This document shows, one piece after another, positions 52,601 to 60,596 of a stretch of 64,000 nt of DNA (positions are counted from its first letter, which is position 1; each line of letters opens with the position of its first letter). The stretch covers positions 32,001-96,000 of the forward strand of contig JBBISL010000004.1 in assembly GCA_037441285.1 (NCBI GenBank), in the 5' to 3' direction. Source of the stretch: a candidate division WOR-3 bacterium (GTDB lineage: Bacteria > Hydrothermota > Tepidihabitantia > Tepidihabitantales > Tepidihabitantaceae). The position numbers were made by a program, and so were the translations under genes. Under the pieces are notes generated by a model. The model was not told the DNA's origin and ran no database searches. It saw nothing but the letters and a program-made list of their open reading frames with translations.

Positions 52601-52806
52601 GTTCGGTTGTCATACCAGACAACATGGACATTACCACCGGTATCGGTTGCCACGGTATGCTGATAACCATAACCCATATACTGAGTTGTGGCATCATCCG
52701 AAAGATTAACTGGCCCAGCCCAGCCATCGATTTCTGCGGCTGGAATTCCGTTGCTGCTCGCACTCATTACCATTAACCCCAGCAGCGTGATAACTACGCC
52801 GTTCAT
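49681..52806 (-). CDS. Large secreted protein: beta-propeller + 2 CARDB/Ig repeats + Kelch propeller + T9SS type A-like sorting domain
   Basis: Signal peptide; repeated VHVVW blades; two VTPR..N.G..WTVRCST repeats; KGN(N/K)T Kelch repeats; C-terminal IAPNP..IFDATGRMV..GVYLV..KLVVE. Confidence 0.8.
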   Translation of the reverse strand: MNGVVITLLGLMVMSASSNGIPAAEIDGWAGPVNLSDDATTQYMGYGYQHTVATDTGGNVHVVWYDNRTGSNQVFYRKWSRASGSWGPITQVTNQSVAVYRPAVACDDSGNVHITWYHSTSPYYGIWYKRWNVATGTWGDSVYLYNPGGTHLNYYPSIACRPGGNNVHIVWYGRDASNPTYYRIKHIEYTPGTGWSAVTIVDNFPSDSSMQASVAVDRADSVYVVWRKKVAGYWQVFYRWRSGSGTWRDIEQVSDVNANADMFAPVVAVNSDGSTVYVVWNGDVSGSTYDRVFYRTKTGSGWGTTEIVSTYTNGNQYDPVVSEVDGVISVVWRGYTEISPTRFEILCRQKQAGNWGEVMQLTNRAQTGLYYPALAAGEFDDLHIVWYDNYDGDNDVYYIRGELVDAGVSSILSPSGLIMPGTTVTPRVVCRNFGANNSVDFWLFCFLINPSGNRVYSESLNVAGLAPGVESTLVFPDFVVNDAGQWTVRCSTTAIPDKNSTNDVQEGNFTVYTTDIEMFQIQAPSGTIDSGAVVTPRARWWNRGDNPADFSAYFTMFDAAGTLVYNESLPITGLAGQRDTIITFPVYSVGGVPGTWTVRCSTFCSNDTFPGNDVRSADFVVRRIPHWPYGWQEVSQVPLAPSNKGVSDGGWLTQMRVSGTRCLFVLKGNKVGDFYLYDPLADTWHQLQPMPLGAEGRPPRRASVGVAGGDYIYATKGNNTLGFWAYNVELDTWLQLENVPLGSSGKRVKAGADMVYIKRPHTDTGYVYLLKGYTDEFYRFNTVSGVWETRAPAPVTATGRRWDRGSWMVYNARPGQNEFYIYAHKAKVHELWRYDVLADTWFSQPLSGMPFVGKLGKTKKCKDGSSGAWYNDAIYALKGGNTCEFWRYDALGDSWVELDTMPSVGSTGRKKRVKGGGDIVLYEDGIFFALKGNKTPELWCYVTADTLFADSPDRKGVMGTIQEMSGSLTIAPNPVRGKGVLFISGATAGMRLQIFDATGRMVFSQPLGKEQAMVNLGMLPSGVYLVKLVGKSTVTRKLVVE

Positions 52807-52896
52807 TTTAACCTCCTTACATTTGCCTAACAGACGCCTCCATTCTACGATAAGTCAACTTTTCAAGGGAGAGTACAGATGTAACCCGCCAGATAA

Positions 52897-52925
52897 ACTA
52901 TAATCCATTTCTAATATCTTGTCAA
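52897..52925 (-). promoter_or_regulatory. promoter TTGACA-N17-TATAGT
   Basis: About 85-nt leader ending in AAGGAGGT SD. Confidence 0.7.
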
Positions 52926-52952
52926 GGAAATTATCAATGGCAATTTCCCTTA

Positions 52953-53093
52953 CCATCCCCGAGATAACCCCGGGGTTAGTTATGGAAAATCACTCCTCGG
53001 GTGTTTAACTCGTTAAAATACAAAGCGTTATGTAAAATGCCCGATTTCTGGTGCGTGTACTTATAAGTATACGCCACTTAAACACCCCCAGGA
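52953..53093. repeat. Cluster of nested inverted repeats (ncRNA or non-autonomous element)
   Basis: TAACCCCGGGGTTA (52965-78); GGGTGTTTAA/TTAAACACCC (52999-53008/53078-87); GCGTGTACTTATAAGTATACGC (53053-74). Confidence 0.5.
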
Positions 53094-53225
53094 ACAATAA
53101 CCTATTCCTTACCAACCTTCTGACATCCGGGTTCTGCTATCAGATTAATTCAGACCTCTCTGCATCCAATGCGAAACCAACCATTTCTATCCTGCAACAC
53201 CCTGTTACCTCAGGGCATCTTTTCC

Positions 53226-53252
53226 TTGACAATCCGTCTTATCTAATAGAAT
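53226..53252 (+). promoter_or_regulatory. miaB promoter TTGACA-N15-TAGAAT
   Basis: GTG 53261 is 8 nt downstream. Confidence 0.5.
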
Positions 53253-53260
53253 ATTTATAG

Positions 53261-54583
53261 GTGTCCAAATTCTATTTGCAGGTTTACGGCTGCCAGATGA
53301 ATCAGTACGAAGCCGAACTCGTGCGTAACATTCTTGAACAGGCGGGATTTACCGAAACCGAGAAAGAAGAAAAAGCCGATGTGCTCTTAATGGTTACCTG
53401 TTCAGTCCGTGAGCACGCGGAACAACGCGCCCTGGGAAGGCTGGCAGCATTTCAATCGTACAAAAACAGCGCGCCGGAAAAGATTGTTGGCGTTCTCGGG
53501 TGTGTTGCTCAGAATCTCAAAGAAAGGTTAATCACCGAATATGGCGCCGATATTGTAGTTGGACCTGATGGGTACCGCCATCTCCCGGAACTGATAAGCC
53601 GCCGGCAGAGCGGGAATCCACCTCAACTCTGGGTCCAGTTTAGCGAAGAATGCTATCCCGATATTCACCCTTTAATCCGAAACACGGTAACGGCAAATGT
53701 AACAATAATGCGCGGCTGCAACAACTTCTGCTCTTACTGCATTGTCCCTTATGTAAAAGGTCCCGAACGCTCCCGGCCCGTAGAAAGCATTTTGACCGAA
53801 ATAAGGCAACTGGCGCGTCGCGGTGTCAAAGAGGTAACGCTTCTGGGACAGAATGTCCTTGCCTATCAGGACCGGGAAACTAATTTTTCTGAACTGTTAA
53901 CCTATGTGTGTGCGGTTGAGGGTATCGAACGGGTCCGCTTTCTTACCTCGCATCCCCGCGACCTGTCAGAAAAAATCGTCGAGCAGATAGCCCATTTACC
54001 CCGAGTCTGCCCGCAGTTTCACCTCCCATTACAGTCGGGCTCAAACCGCATCCTGCACCTGATGAACCGGGGTTATACCCGCGAACAGTACTTAGAGAAA
54101 GTGCAAATGATAAGAGAGAAACTGCCCGAAGTATCGATTACCACCGACATCATCGTTGGATTCCCGACTGAGAATGAAAATGATTTTGCCGCCACAATGG
54201 AAATCGTCCGAACCGTTAGATTTGACTTTGCCTATATGTTCAAATTTTCACCCCGCTCCCAAACACGCGCCGCCGAAATCAAACCGCCGGTGCCCGAAGC
54301 CATTGCCCGACGCCGCCTTGCTGAACTGATTAAGTTGCAAAACCAGATTACTCTTGATTCCAATCGGGCAATGGTCGGCAAAACTTACGAGTTGCTGATT
54401 GAAGGACCGAGTCCGCGCGGTCAGGGTAGTCTGGGCAGAACCCCTCAGGGCAAAGTTGTCATTCTTGACGAAAAAATTCCACCGGGTACTCTGGTCTCAA
54501 CCGTGGTCAAGGAAATTCGCGGCTGGACACCGATTGGCCAGGTACTCGATGGGATAAAAGTACCGGTTACAGGAGGTTGTTAA
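53261..54583 (+). CDS. miaB: tRNA methylthiotransferase MiaB
   Basis: YGCQMN, TCSVRE.AE, GCVAQ, CNNFCSYCIVP, LLGQNV, TSHP, TDIIVGFP, TRAM. Confidence 0.93.
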   Translation: MSKFYLQVYGCQMNQYEAELVRNILEQAGFTETEKEEKADVLLMVTCSVREHAEQRALGRLAAFQSYKNSAPEKIVGVLGCVAQNLKERLITEYGADIVVGPDGYRHLPELISRRQSGNPPQLWVQFSEECYPDIHPLIRNTVTANVTIMRGCNNFCSYCIVPYVKGPERSRPVESILTEIRQLARRGVKEVTLLGQNVLAYQDRETNFSELLTYVCAVEGIERVRFLTSHPRDLSEKIVEQIAHLPRVCPQFHLPLQSGSNRILHLMNRGYTREQYLEKVQMIREKLPEVSITTDIIVGFPTENENDFAATMEIVRTVRFDFAYMFKFSPRSQTRAAEIKPPVPEAIARRRLAELIKLQNQITLDSNRAMVGKTYELLIEGPSPRGQGSLGRTPQGKVVILDEKIPPGTLVSTVVKEIRGWTPIGQVLDGIKVPVTGGC

Positions 54584-54937
54584 ATGGTTACTTTTAGAGT
54601 CATTCTTATCCTGCTTGCCTTTGTTGTCCTGTTCATTCTGGGCTGGCAAAATCAAACAACCGTGACCGTTCAGGTATTCTGGCGCACCTTTTACAATGTT
54701 CCCCTTGCCTTTGTCATGCTCTACTCCTTTGCCTTTGGTGCCCTCTGTGTTGGCATCTTCACCATTGTCTCGGAAATCAGGTTACGCACCAAACTACACC
54801 AGCAACGCCAGGAGATTGAAGCCTTAACCGAAGAACTGCGCAACCTGCGTAATGCGCCCCTGGACATAATTTCTTCTCCCAAAGAAACGACGCGAACCGA
54901 AATACCCATCTCTGATTCAACCCAAAAAGGAGCATAG
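54584..54937 (+). CDS. lapA: LapA family membrane protein
   Basis: Two TMs with QN..VTV and PLA, coiled-coil tail, upstream of lapB-like gene. Confidence 0.75.
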   Translation: MVTFRVILILLAFVVLFILGWQNQTTVTVQVFWRTFYNVPLAFVMLYSFAFGALCVGIFTIVSEIRLRTKLHQQRQEIEALTEELRNLRNAPLDIISSPKETTRTEIPISDSTQKGA

Positions 54938-54941
54938 ATAT

Positions 54942-56045
54942 ATGTACCCCCTGTTAATTGTTATTCTTGCCCTTTTAGTTGTCGCTCTTTATCCGGTCAT
55001 CCGCGACTTCTTCCGCCAGCGCCGCGCCACCGTCCCCGCCTATGTTGAAGGTCTGAAACTGCTACTCGATGGCAAGGTCGATGAGGCGGCACAAAAGTTA
55101 AAACAGGCGGTGGAAGAAGACACGGGCAATGTCGATGCCTATATCCGACTCGGCACCCTTTTCCTCGAAAAGGGCGACATTGAAAGGGCACTGCGCATCC
55201 ATGAAAACCTCGCCCTGCGTCGCAATTTAAAACCGGAAGAAGAAAAAGCGGTTTTTCGGGCGCTGGTTAAAGACTACATAAAGATTGGCCGCAAGGTAAA
55301 GGCGATACCCTTACTTGAAGAACTGATTCGCGCCGACCGCAACGACATTGCCAGCCGCGCGTTGCTTCTTGAACTGTACATCGAAAACAACTCCTGGGAC
55401 AAGTGCGAAGAGATTCTCAAAGATTTGCAAAAAGGCGACCCCTACCGGGCAAGCCGACTCTTCGCCCTCTATGGCTACGCCTATGGCAGGGTTAATCCGA
55501 AAGCGGGCATAAAATGGCTCAACGACGCCCTCAAACTCAATCAAAAGTCCATTATTGCCCGAATTCTACTCGGTGACATGTTATTAAGCCAGGGCGAAGT
55601 TGACGAAGCGATTCGAGTTTGGAAAGAGGTGGTGGAGGTGGCGCCCGAAAAGAACTACCTGGTCCGGGAACGGTTAGAACGGGCGTACTTTGAAATCGGC
55701 CATTACGAAGAAATCACCAACCTCTACCGCCGCTTGCTCGTACGGGTCCCGCAGGATACCGGACTGGTTCTGGCGTTAGCCGAAATCTACGCTAAAATGG
55801 AAAAGTTAAAAGAAGCCCGCACCATCCTCGAAAAGGCAACGAAAAATGGCGATGCGGCGACCCGCATTTTCCTGGCGCAGATTCTGCTGCGGGAAGGTGA
55901 AACTTCCTGGGCGTTATCCACGCTCAATGATGCGATTCGAAAGTTAACCGTTAACAACCGGCACTGTGACAATTGTCGCGCTCCAATCAATCAAACTGAA
56001 ATCCGCTGCCCCAATTGTGGCGCCTGGCAGAATGATGTAACATAA
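54942..56045 (+). CDS. lapB: LapB-like TPR protein with C-terminal rubredoxin-like motif
   Basis: TM, YVEGL..L, LG.LF...GD.ERALRIHE.L, TPRs, CDNC..CPNCGAW. Confidence 0.8.
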   Translation: MYPLLIVILALLVVALYPVIRDFFRQRRATVPAYVEGLKLLLDGKVDEAAQKLKQAVEEDTGNVDAYIRLGTLFLEKGDIERALRIHENLALRRNLKPEEEKAVFRALVKDYIKIGRKVKAIPLLEELIRADRNDIASRALLLELYIENNSWDKCEEILKDLQKGDPYRASRLFALYGYAYGRVNPKAGIKWLNDALKLNQKSIIARILLGDMLLSQGEVDEAIRVWKEVVEVAPEKNYLVRERLERAYFEIGHYEEITNLYRRLLVRVPQDTGLVLALAEIYAKMEKLKEARTILEKATKNGDAATRIFLAQILLREGETSWALSTLNDAIRKLTVNNRHCDNCRAPINQTEIRCPNCGAWQNDVT

Positions 56046-56073
56046 ATCACCGAAAGCGGCAACACGCTCCTCA

Positions 56074-58656
56074 ATGGCAGAAAAACTAACCCCGCTATTG
56101 ACCCAATACCATCGAATTAAAGAACGCTACCCGGAAACCCTGCTGCTATTTCGAGTCGGTGATTTTTATGAGATGTTTTATCAGGATGCGGAAACCGGTG
56201 CTCGGGCACTAAATCTGACCCTTACTTCCCGGTCGCACGGTCCCAACCATCGTGTTCCCCTAGCTGGCATCCCGGCAAAATCGCTTGATACCTATGTTGC
56301 CCGCCTTGTCGAACAGGGGTTCAAGGTTGCGGTGTGTGAGCAACTCGAACCACCGAACCGGGGCAAACCGGTCGTTGCCCGTGATGTCGTTGAGGTCATC
56401 ACCCCTGGCACGCTGGTGCGTGACACCCTCCTCAATGAAAGTCGCAACAACTATCTGATGGCGCTTTCCCCGGGCTCAAACTGGGGAGTCGCTTTCGCCG
56501 ACCTGTCAACCGGTGAATTTTATGTTGCTGAAATTTCCCCATCGTCTCTGGCCGAGGAAATCACCCGCATTTCCCCTTCCGAAGTTCTTCTTCCCCAGAA
56601 CTGGACTGGCGAACTACCCGCTTACCTTCCGGCACGAATAACCAGAATGGACGATTACTACTTTACCGCCGAGTTCGCCTTTGAAAAACTCACCTCTCAT
56701 TTTGGCGTTGCCAACCTTGCCGGTTTTGGTGTTGACCACCTTACCGAAGCAATTTGTGCCGCCGGCGCAATTCTTGAGTACTTAGAGCAAACCCAGTGCA
56801 CGACATTACCGCACCTCCATCGTATCATTCCCTTTCACAACACCGATTTTTTGCTCATCGACCGCATCTCACGACGCAACCTCGAACTACTGGAAAAACT
56901 CCATCCCCAAAACAAAGGCGACCGTGAGACCGGAACGCTCTTCTGGTTACTAAACCGGACTTGCACACCCGCGGGCACCCGACTCCTGCGGCACTGGCTG
57001 CTCAGCCCATTACTCTCGGTTGAAAGAATCAACGAACGCCTTGACGGCGTAACTGAATTGGTGGCGCCCGCTTCGCCACTCGAACAACTGCAACAACTCC
57101 TCAGCAAAATCGGCGACCTCGAACGGGTCGCTTCCCGAATCGCCCTTGACCGCGCCACCCCGCGCGATTTAGTTGCACTCCGTTCCTGGTTAACCGTCAT
57201 TCCGGAGATAAAACAACTACTAAATGATTGCTCCACCCCGCTTCTGAAACAGTCCCGCGATGTCATTCCAGACTTTACCCATTTGGCAAACGAACTCGAG
57301 CGCGCCTTATCCGATTCGCCCCCAAACACCATCACCGAAGGCGGTATCTTCCGCCCCGGCTATAACCAGGAACTGGACAATCTCCGCGAACTCACCCAGC
57401 ATGGCAAAGAGTTCCTTGCCCGGTTGCAGGAATCCGAACGGACCCGCACCGGTATTCCTAACCTCCGCATCGGCTACAACTCTGTTTTTGGCTACTACAT
57501 TGAAGTCACCAAATCCTACCTGCGTCTTGTGCCGAGTGACTACATCCGGAAACAAACCGTTACCGGGGGTGAACGCTTTATCACCCCCCAGTTAAAAGAG
57601 TACGAAACCAAAATCACCAACGCCGAAGAGCGCATCAAAACCCTTGAATACGAACTGTTTATCGACCTGCGCAACCGCATCAAACCACACTGTAACAAAA
57701 TCATCGAACTGGCAACCGCCCTTGCCACGCTCGATGTCCTTGCTGCTTTTGCCCGGCTTGCCCGCGAGAAAAACTACTGCCGCCCGGTTATTGACAACTC
57801 AACCACCATCGAAATCAAAGCGGGCCGCCATCCGGTCGTGGAAACAATCTCCAGTGAACCCTTCATCCCCAACGACACTTACCTTGACACCACCAGCAAT
57901 CAAATCTTAATCATCACCGGTCCCAATATGGCAGGAAAATCCACCTACCTGCGCCAGACCGCCCTGATTGTTATTATGGCACAAATCGGCTCCTTCGTTC
58001 CCGCCCGCTCCGCCCGAATTGGCGTTGTCGATAAGATATTTACCCGCATTGGTGCCTCAGACGACCTGGCGCGCGGCGTTTCCACCTTCCTTGCCGAAAT
58101 GAATGAAACCGCCAACATCCTGAATAATGCCACCTCCCGCAGTTTAGTAATCTTAGATGAAGTGGGCAGGGGAACCGCCACCGAAGACGGTCTTGCCATC
58201 GCCTGGGCAACGGTTGAGTACCTCCACGGTGATGAAGAGTTCTGTCCCCGAACCCTCTTTGCCACCCATTACCATGAACTCACCCGGATTCCTGACCATC
58301 TACCCCGGACAAAAAACTTCAGTTTTCTGGTTCGGGAAAAGGGTGATGAAGTTATCTTCTTAAGAAAAATCCACCCTGGTCCGGCTGATAAGAGTTACGG
58401 CATTGCGGTTGCTAAACTCGCCGGTTTACCCGAACGTGTCATCCGTCGAGCGCGAGAACTTTTAACCTTCTTCACCAGAAATGAGCAGATAAATTTTGAG
58501 CAGTTAACAACCTCCCTTGAAAAACCTATCGTGGCTGACGCTTCCTTTTCTCATCCAGTGCTGGAACGGTTGCGCGACTTAAACATCAACGAAATTTCGC
58601 CCCTTGAAGCGCTCAACCTGCTCGCCGAACTCATCCATCTTGCAAAAAATCAGTAA
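56074..58656 (+). CDS. mutS: DNA mismatch repair protein MutS
   Basis: LFRVGDFYEMF, TPGT, GRHPVVE, TGPNMAGKST, STFLAEM, DEVGRGT, FATHYHEL, SYGI. Confidence 0.98.
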   Translation: MAEKLTPLLTQYHRIKERYPETLLLFRVGDFYEMFYQDAETGARALNLTLTSRSHGPNHRVPLAGIPAKSLDTYVARLVEQGFKVAVCEQLEPPNRGKPVVARDVVEVITPGTLVRDTLLNESRNNYLMALSPGSNWGVAFADLSTGEFYVAEISPSSLAEEITRISPSEVLLPQNWTGELPAYLPARITRMDDYYFTAEFAFEKLTSHFGVANLAGFGVDHLTEAICAAGAILEYLEQTQCTTLPHLHRIIPFHNTDFLLIDRISRRNLELLEKLHPQNKGDRETGTLFWLLNRTCTPAGTRLLRHWLLSPLLSVERINERLDGVTELVAPASPLEQLQQLLSKIGDLERVASRIALDRATPRDLVALRSWLTVIPEIKQLLNDCSTPLLKQSRDVIPDFTHLANELERALSDSPPNTITEGGIFRPGYNQELDNLRELTQHGKEFLARLQESERTRTGIPNLRIGYNSVFGYYIEVTKSYLRLVPSDYIRKQTVTGGERFITPQLKEYETKITNAEERIKTLEYELFIDLRNRIKPHCNKIIELATALATLDVLAAFARLAREKNYCRPVIDNSTTIEIKAGRHPVVETISSEPFIPNDTYLDTTSNQILIITGPNMAGKSTYLRQTALIVIMAQIGSFVPARSARIGVVDKIFTRIGASDDLARGVSTFLAEMNETANILNNATSRSLVILDEVGRGTATEDGLAIAWATVEYLHGDEEFCPRTLFATHYHELTRIPDHLPRTKNFSFLVREKGDEVIFLRKIHPGPADKSYGIAVAKLAGLPERVIRRARELLTFFTRNEQINFEQLTTSLEKPIVADASFSHPVLERLRDLNINEISPLEALNLLAELIHLAKNQ

Positions 58657-58768
58657 TCGCCTCAATTAAACTAACCGTTATAACCATCACAACAGAAGAC
58701 CCGGCAAGGACTGTCGCACTCGTATAACTCACATAATTTCAATGCAATAATCACTAAACATCAAAAGA

Positions 58769-58781
58769 AATCAAAATTTTA
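58769..58781 (+). promoter_or_regulatory. Putative IHF site
   Basis: AATCAAAATTTTA matches WATCARNNNNTTR, upstream of the sigma54 motif; region is AT-rich so chance match is possible. Confidence 0.35.
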
Positions 58782-58862
58782 GACAATCTTAGTTTTCGCT
58801 TCTCCGATTGTTCAACTATCAGTTTTATAAAAACTTATGAAATTACGCCGTGTTTTTATTTA

Positions 58863-58879
58863 TGGGAACACATATTGCT
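58863..58879 (+). promoter_or_regulatory. sigma54 (RpoN) -24/-12 promoter
   Basis: GG-AACACATATT-GC: GG and GC exactly 10 nt apart, TTGC -12 box; no sigma70 boxes noticed nearby. Confidence 0.6.
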
Positions 58880-58896
58880 TATTTAAGATTCGGAAA

Positions 58897-58968
58897 GGGT
58901 AACGGGATGGCCCAGGTTAAGGGGTTACATCCGATGGAGCGATAAGTTTATGGGCCATTCCGTTGCCT
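58897..58968 (+). ncRNA. Structured 5' leader hairpin
   Basis: 18-bp stem GGGTAACGGGATGGCCCA / TGGGCCATTCCGTTGCCT with three G-U pairs and a 36-nt loop. Confidence 0.5.
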
Positions 58969-59006
58969 GCGGGATAGTTGTAAACAAACAAACGAGGGGG
59001 TGAAAA

Positions 59007-60071
59007 ATGTTTGCAGAACTACTTACCGTCGAACGCAACGACCTTATGCGTGACCTATTGGCAACTTACCCATATAAGCCTTATCTCTGGGCACTGGGTA
59101 AAGAGAGAGAAGGCGCCGCCGACAACTATATCTTATCCCAGATAAATGAAGCGGTAAAAGCCGGCGGTATCGCCCGCACCTATTATCTCGATGGCAAGGT
59201 ACAAGGGCTGTGCGTAGTTAAACCCGACCACCTTGCCACCCGAGAACTCAACATTCGGTCCTATCGAATAACCCATCTTATCGCGATGGGGAAACCGGAT
59301 GTTCAGATGCTAATCAAAAATCTCCTCATCCGGGAAACACTGAGAACATTGCCTAAAAACAGTTGCGTTGTTGCCCGTTGTCCGTATTCAGACCTGACCT
59401 CGGTCAATGCCCTGGAAAGTTGCGGCTTCTTCACAACTCACACCGCCTTAGTGCTCGCAAAAGATTTGACAAACAACGATTGGCTAACCACACCAGCCGA
59501 AGATTACGAGGTTACGCCTTTAGACCCAAACTACATTGACAATTTTGACGAGTCGGTTCTTGACATTCCCGAAGGGGTTCTGGGCTGGGACATCAACCTG
59601 CCCCGGCGCGTTTTAAGTAAAGTCCATCGTGATTGGTTGCGCACCTATGCCGCACCGACTCCTGTAACTGCGGTGCAATCAAAGGCAGTTGCCCCTGCCA
59701 CAAAATCGAACGGTGTAAATCAGGCGGTATTTGCTGCTATCGACCACGGTCTCATCGTCGGTATCGTCGCGGAACGGACTAAACCTTATGCCTCTCACAC
59801 ATTCGGTTTTAATGTTGGTAGTATCGACATCTTAACCACCGCACCTGAGTACCGGGGCAACGGTGTTGCGACCAAACTGCTCAAGGAGTCGCTGAATCAG
59901 TTTGCCCAGAATGGCGTTCGCGTCGCTGAACTGATAGTTCATTCTTCTGACGGTGTTCAGTCCCACTCTTACCAGGAAATGGGGTTCTTCACCATTGGAA
60001 CAACTTTGACGCTTGCATATTGTGGAGGCAAACAACCGGACCGGGCAAGATTGGCACGAATCAGGGGGTAA
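59007..60071 (+). CDS. Tandem-domain GNAT acetyltransferase
   Basis: TAPEYRGNGVATKLL AcCoA motif, YQEMGF; degenerate first domain ALESCGF. Confidence 0.78.
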   Translation: MFAELLTVERNDLMRDLLATYPYKPYLWALGKEREGAADNYILSQINEAVKAGGIARTYYLDGKVQGLCVVKPDHLATRELNIRSYRITHLIAMGKPDVQMLIKNLLIRETLRTLPKNSCVVARCPYSDLTSVNALESCGFFTTHTALVLAKDLTNNDWLTTPAEDYEVTPLDPNYIDNFDESVLDIPEGVLGWDINLPRRVLSKVHRDWLRTYAAPTPVTAVQSKAVAPATKSNGVNQAVFAAIDHGLIVGIVAERTKPYASHTFGFNVGSIDILTTAPEYRGNGVATKLLKESLNQFAQNGVRVAELIVHSSDGVQSHSYQEMGFFTIGTTLTLAYCGGKQPDRARLARIRG

Positions 60072-60130
60072 TATAGTAGGAAATTTAAAAACTACAGCGC
60101 GCGGTAATTCAAAAACATTAAGGAGGAAGT

Positions 60131-60577
60131 ATGCGTAAAATAACGGTTGTCAGTTTAGTCGTTTTAGCCCTACTCACACCGCTGATTGCCCAGACTCTCA
60201 GCGGAACAGTTGAGCAGTACCAGAACACGCCCGTGCTTTCAATTCGGGCTTCAATCTGGGGTCAGGTTAACCACCCCGGACAGTACTCTTTCAACAGCTC
60301 TGCCGACCTTTTTGAACTGATTTCCGCGGCAGGTGGTCCAACCAGCAACGCCGATATCAACCGCGTCATCGTTCTAAGAGAAAAAGACGGTACCCGGCAC
60401 CGGTTTAACCTCAACCGCCTCGCTTTATCCGGTCAAAGGTTTTTTCTCTCTACCGGTGATGTCGTCATTATCCCGGAATCGTTCTGGAGCAAATTCAAGA
60501 ATGGCCTGCCGGTAATCACTGCTGTGGCCGCAGTCGCCAATGTTGCTATAACCGCGATAATTCTATCGCAACGATAG
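60131..60577 (+). CDS. Small secreted SLBB-domain protein (Wza-like)
   Basis: Signal peptide, IWGQVNHPGQY, ISAAGG, GDVVIIP, C-terminal hydrophobic helix; AAGGAGG SD. Confidence 0.8.
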   Translation: MRKITVVSLVVLALLTPLIAQTLSGTVEQYQNTPVLSIRASIWGQVNHPGQYSFNSSADLFELISAAGGPTSNADINRVIVLREKDGTRHRFNLNRLALSGQRFFLSTGDVVIIPESFWSKFKNGLPVITAVAAVANVAITAIILSQR

Positions 60578-60596
60578 TAAAGTAGCCGTTAAGGGC

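Noticed and set aside
52878..58931. Shared 10-mer GGGTTACATC in two leaders (52878-87 minus, 58922-31 plus)
   Set aside because: Some 10-mer coincidences are expected by chance among a few kb of intergenic DNA, and the flanks differ
58950..59009. Selenocysteine readthrough of the in-frame TGA before the GNAT
   Set aside because: GNAT has its own SD (GAGGGGG), there is no evident SECIS hairpin and no redox motif
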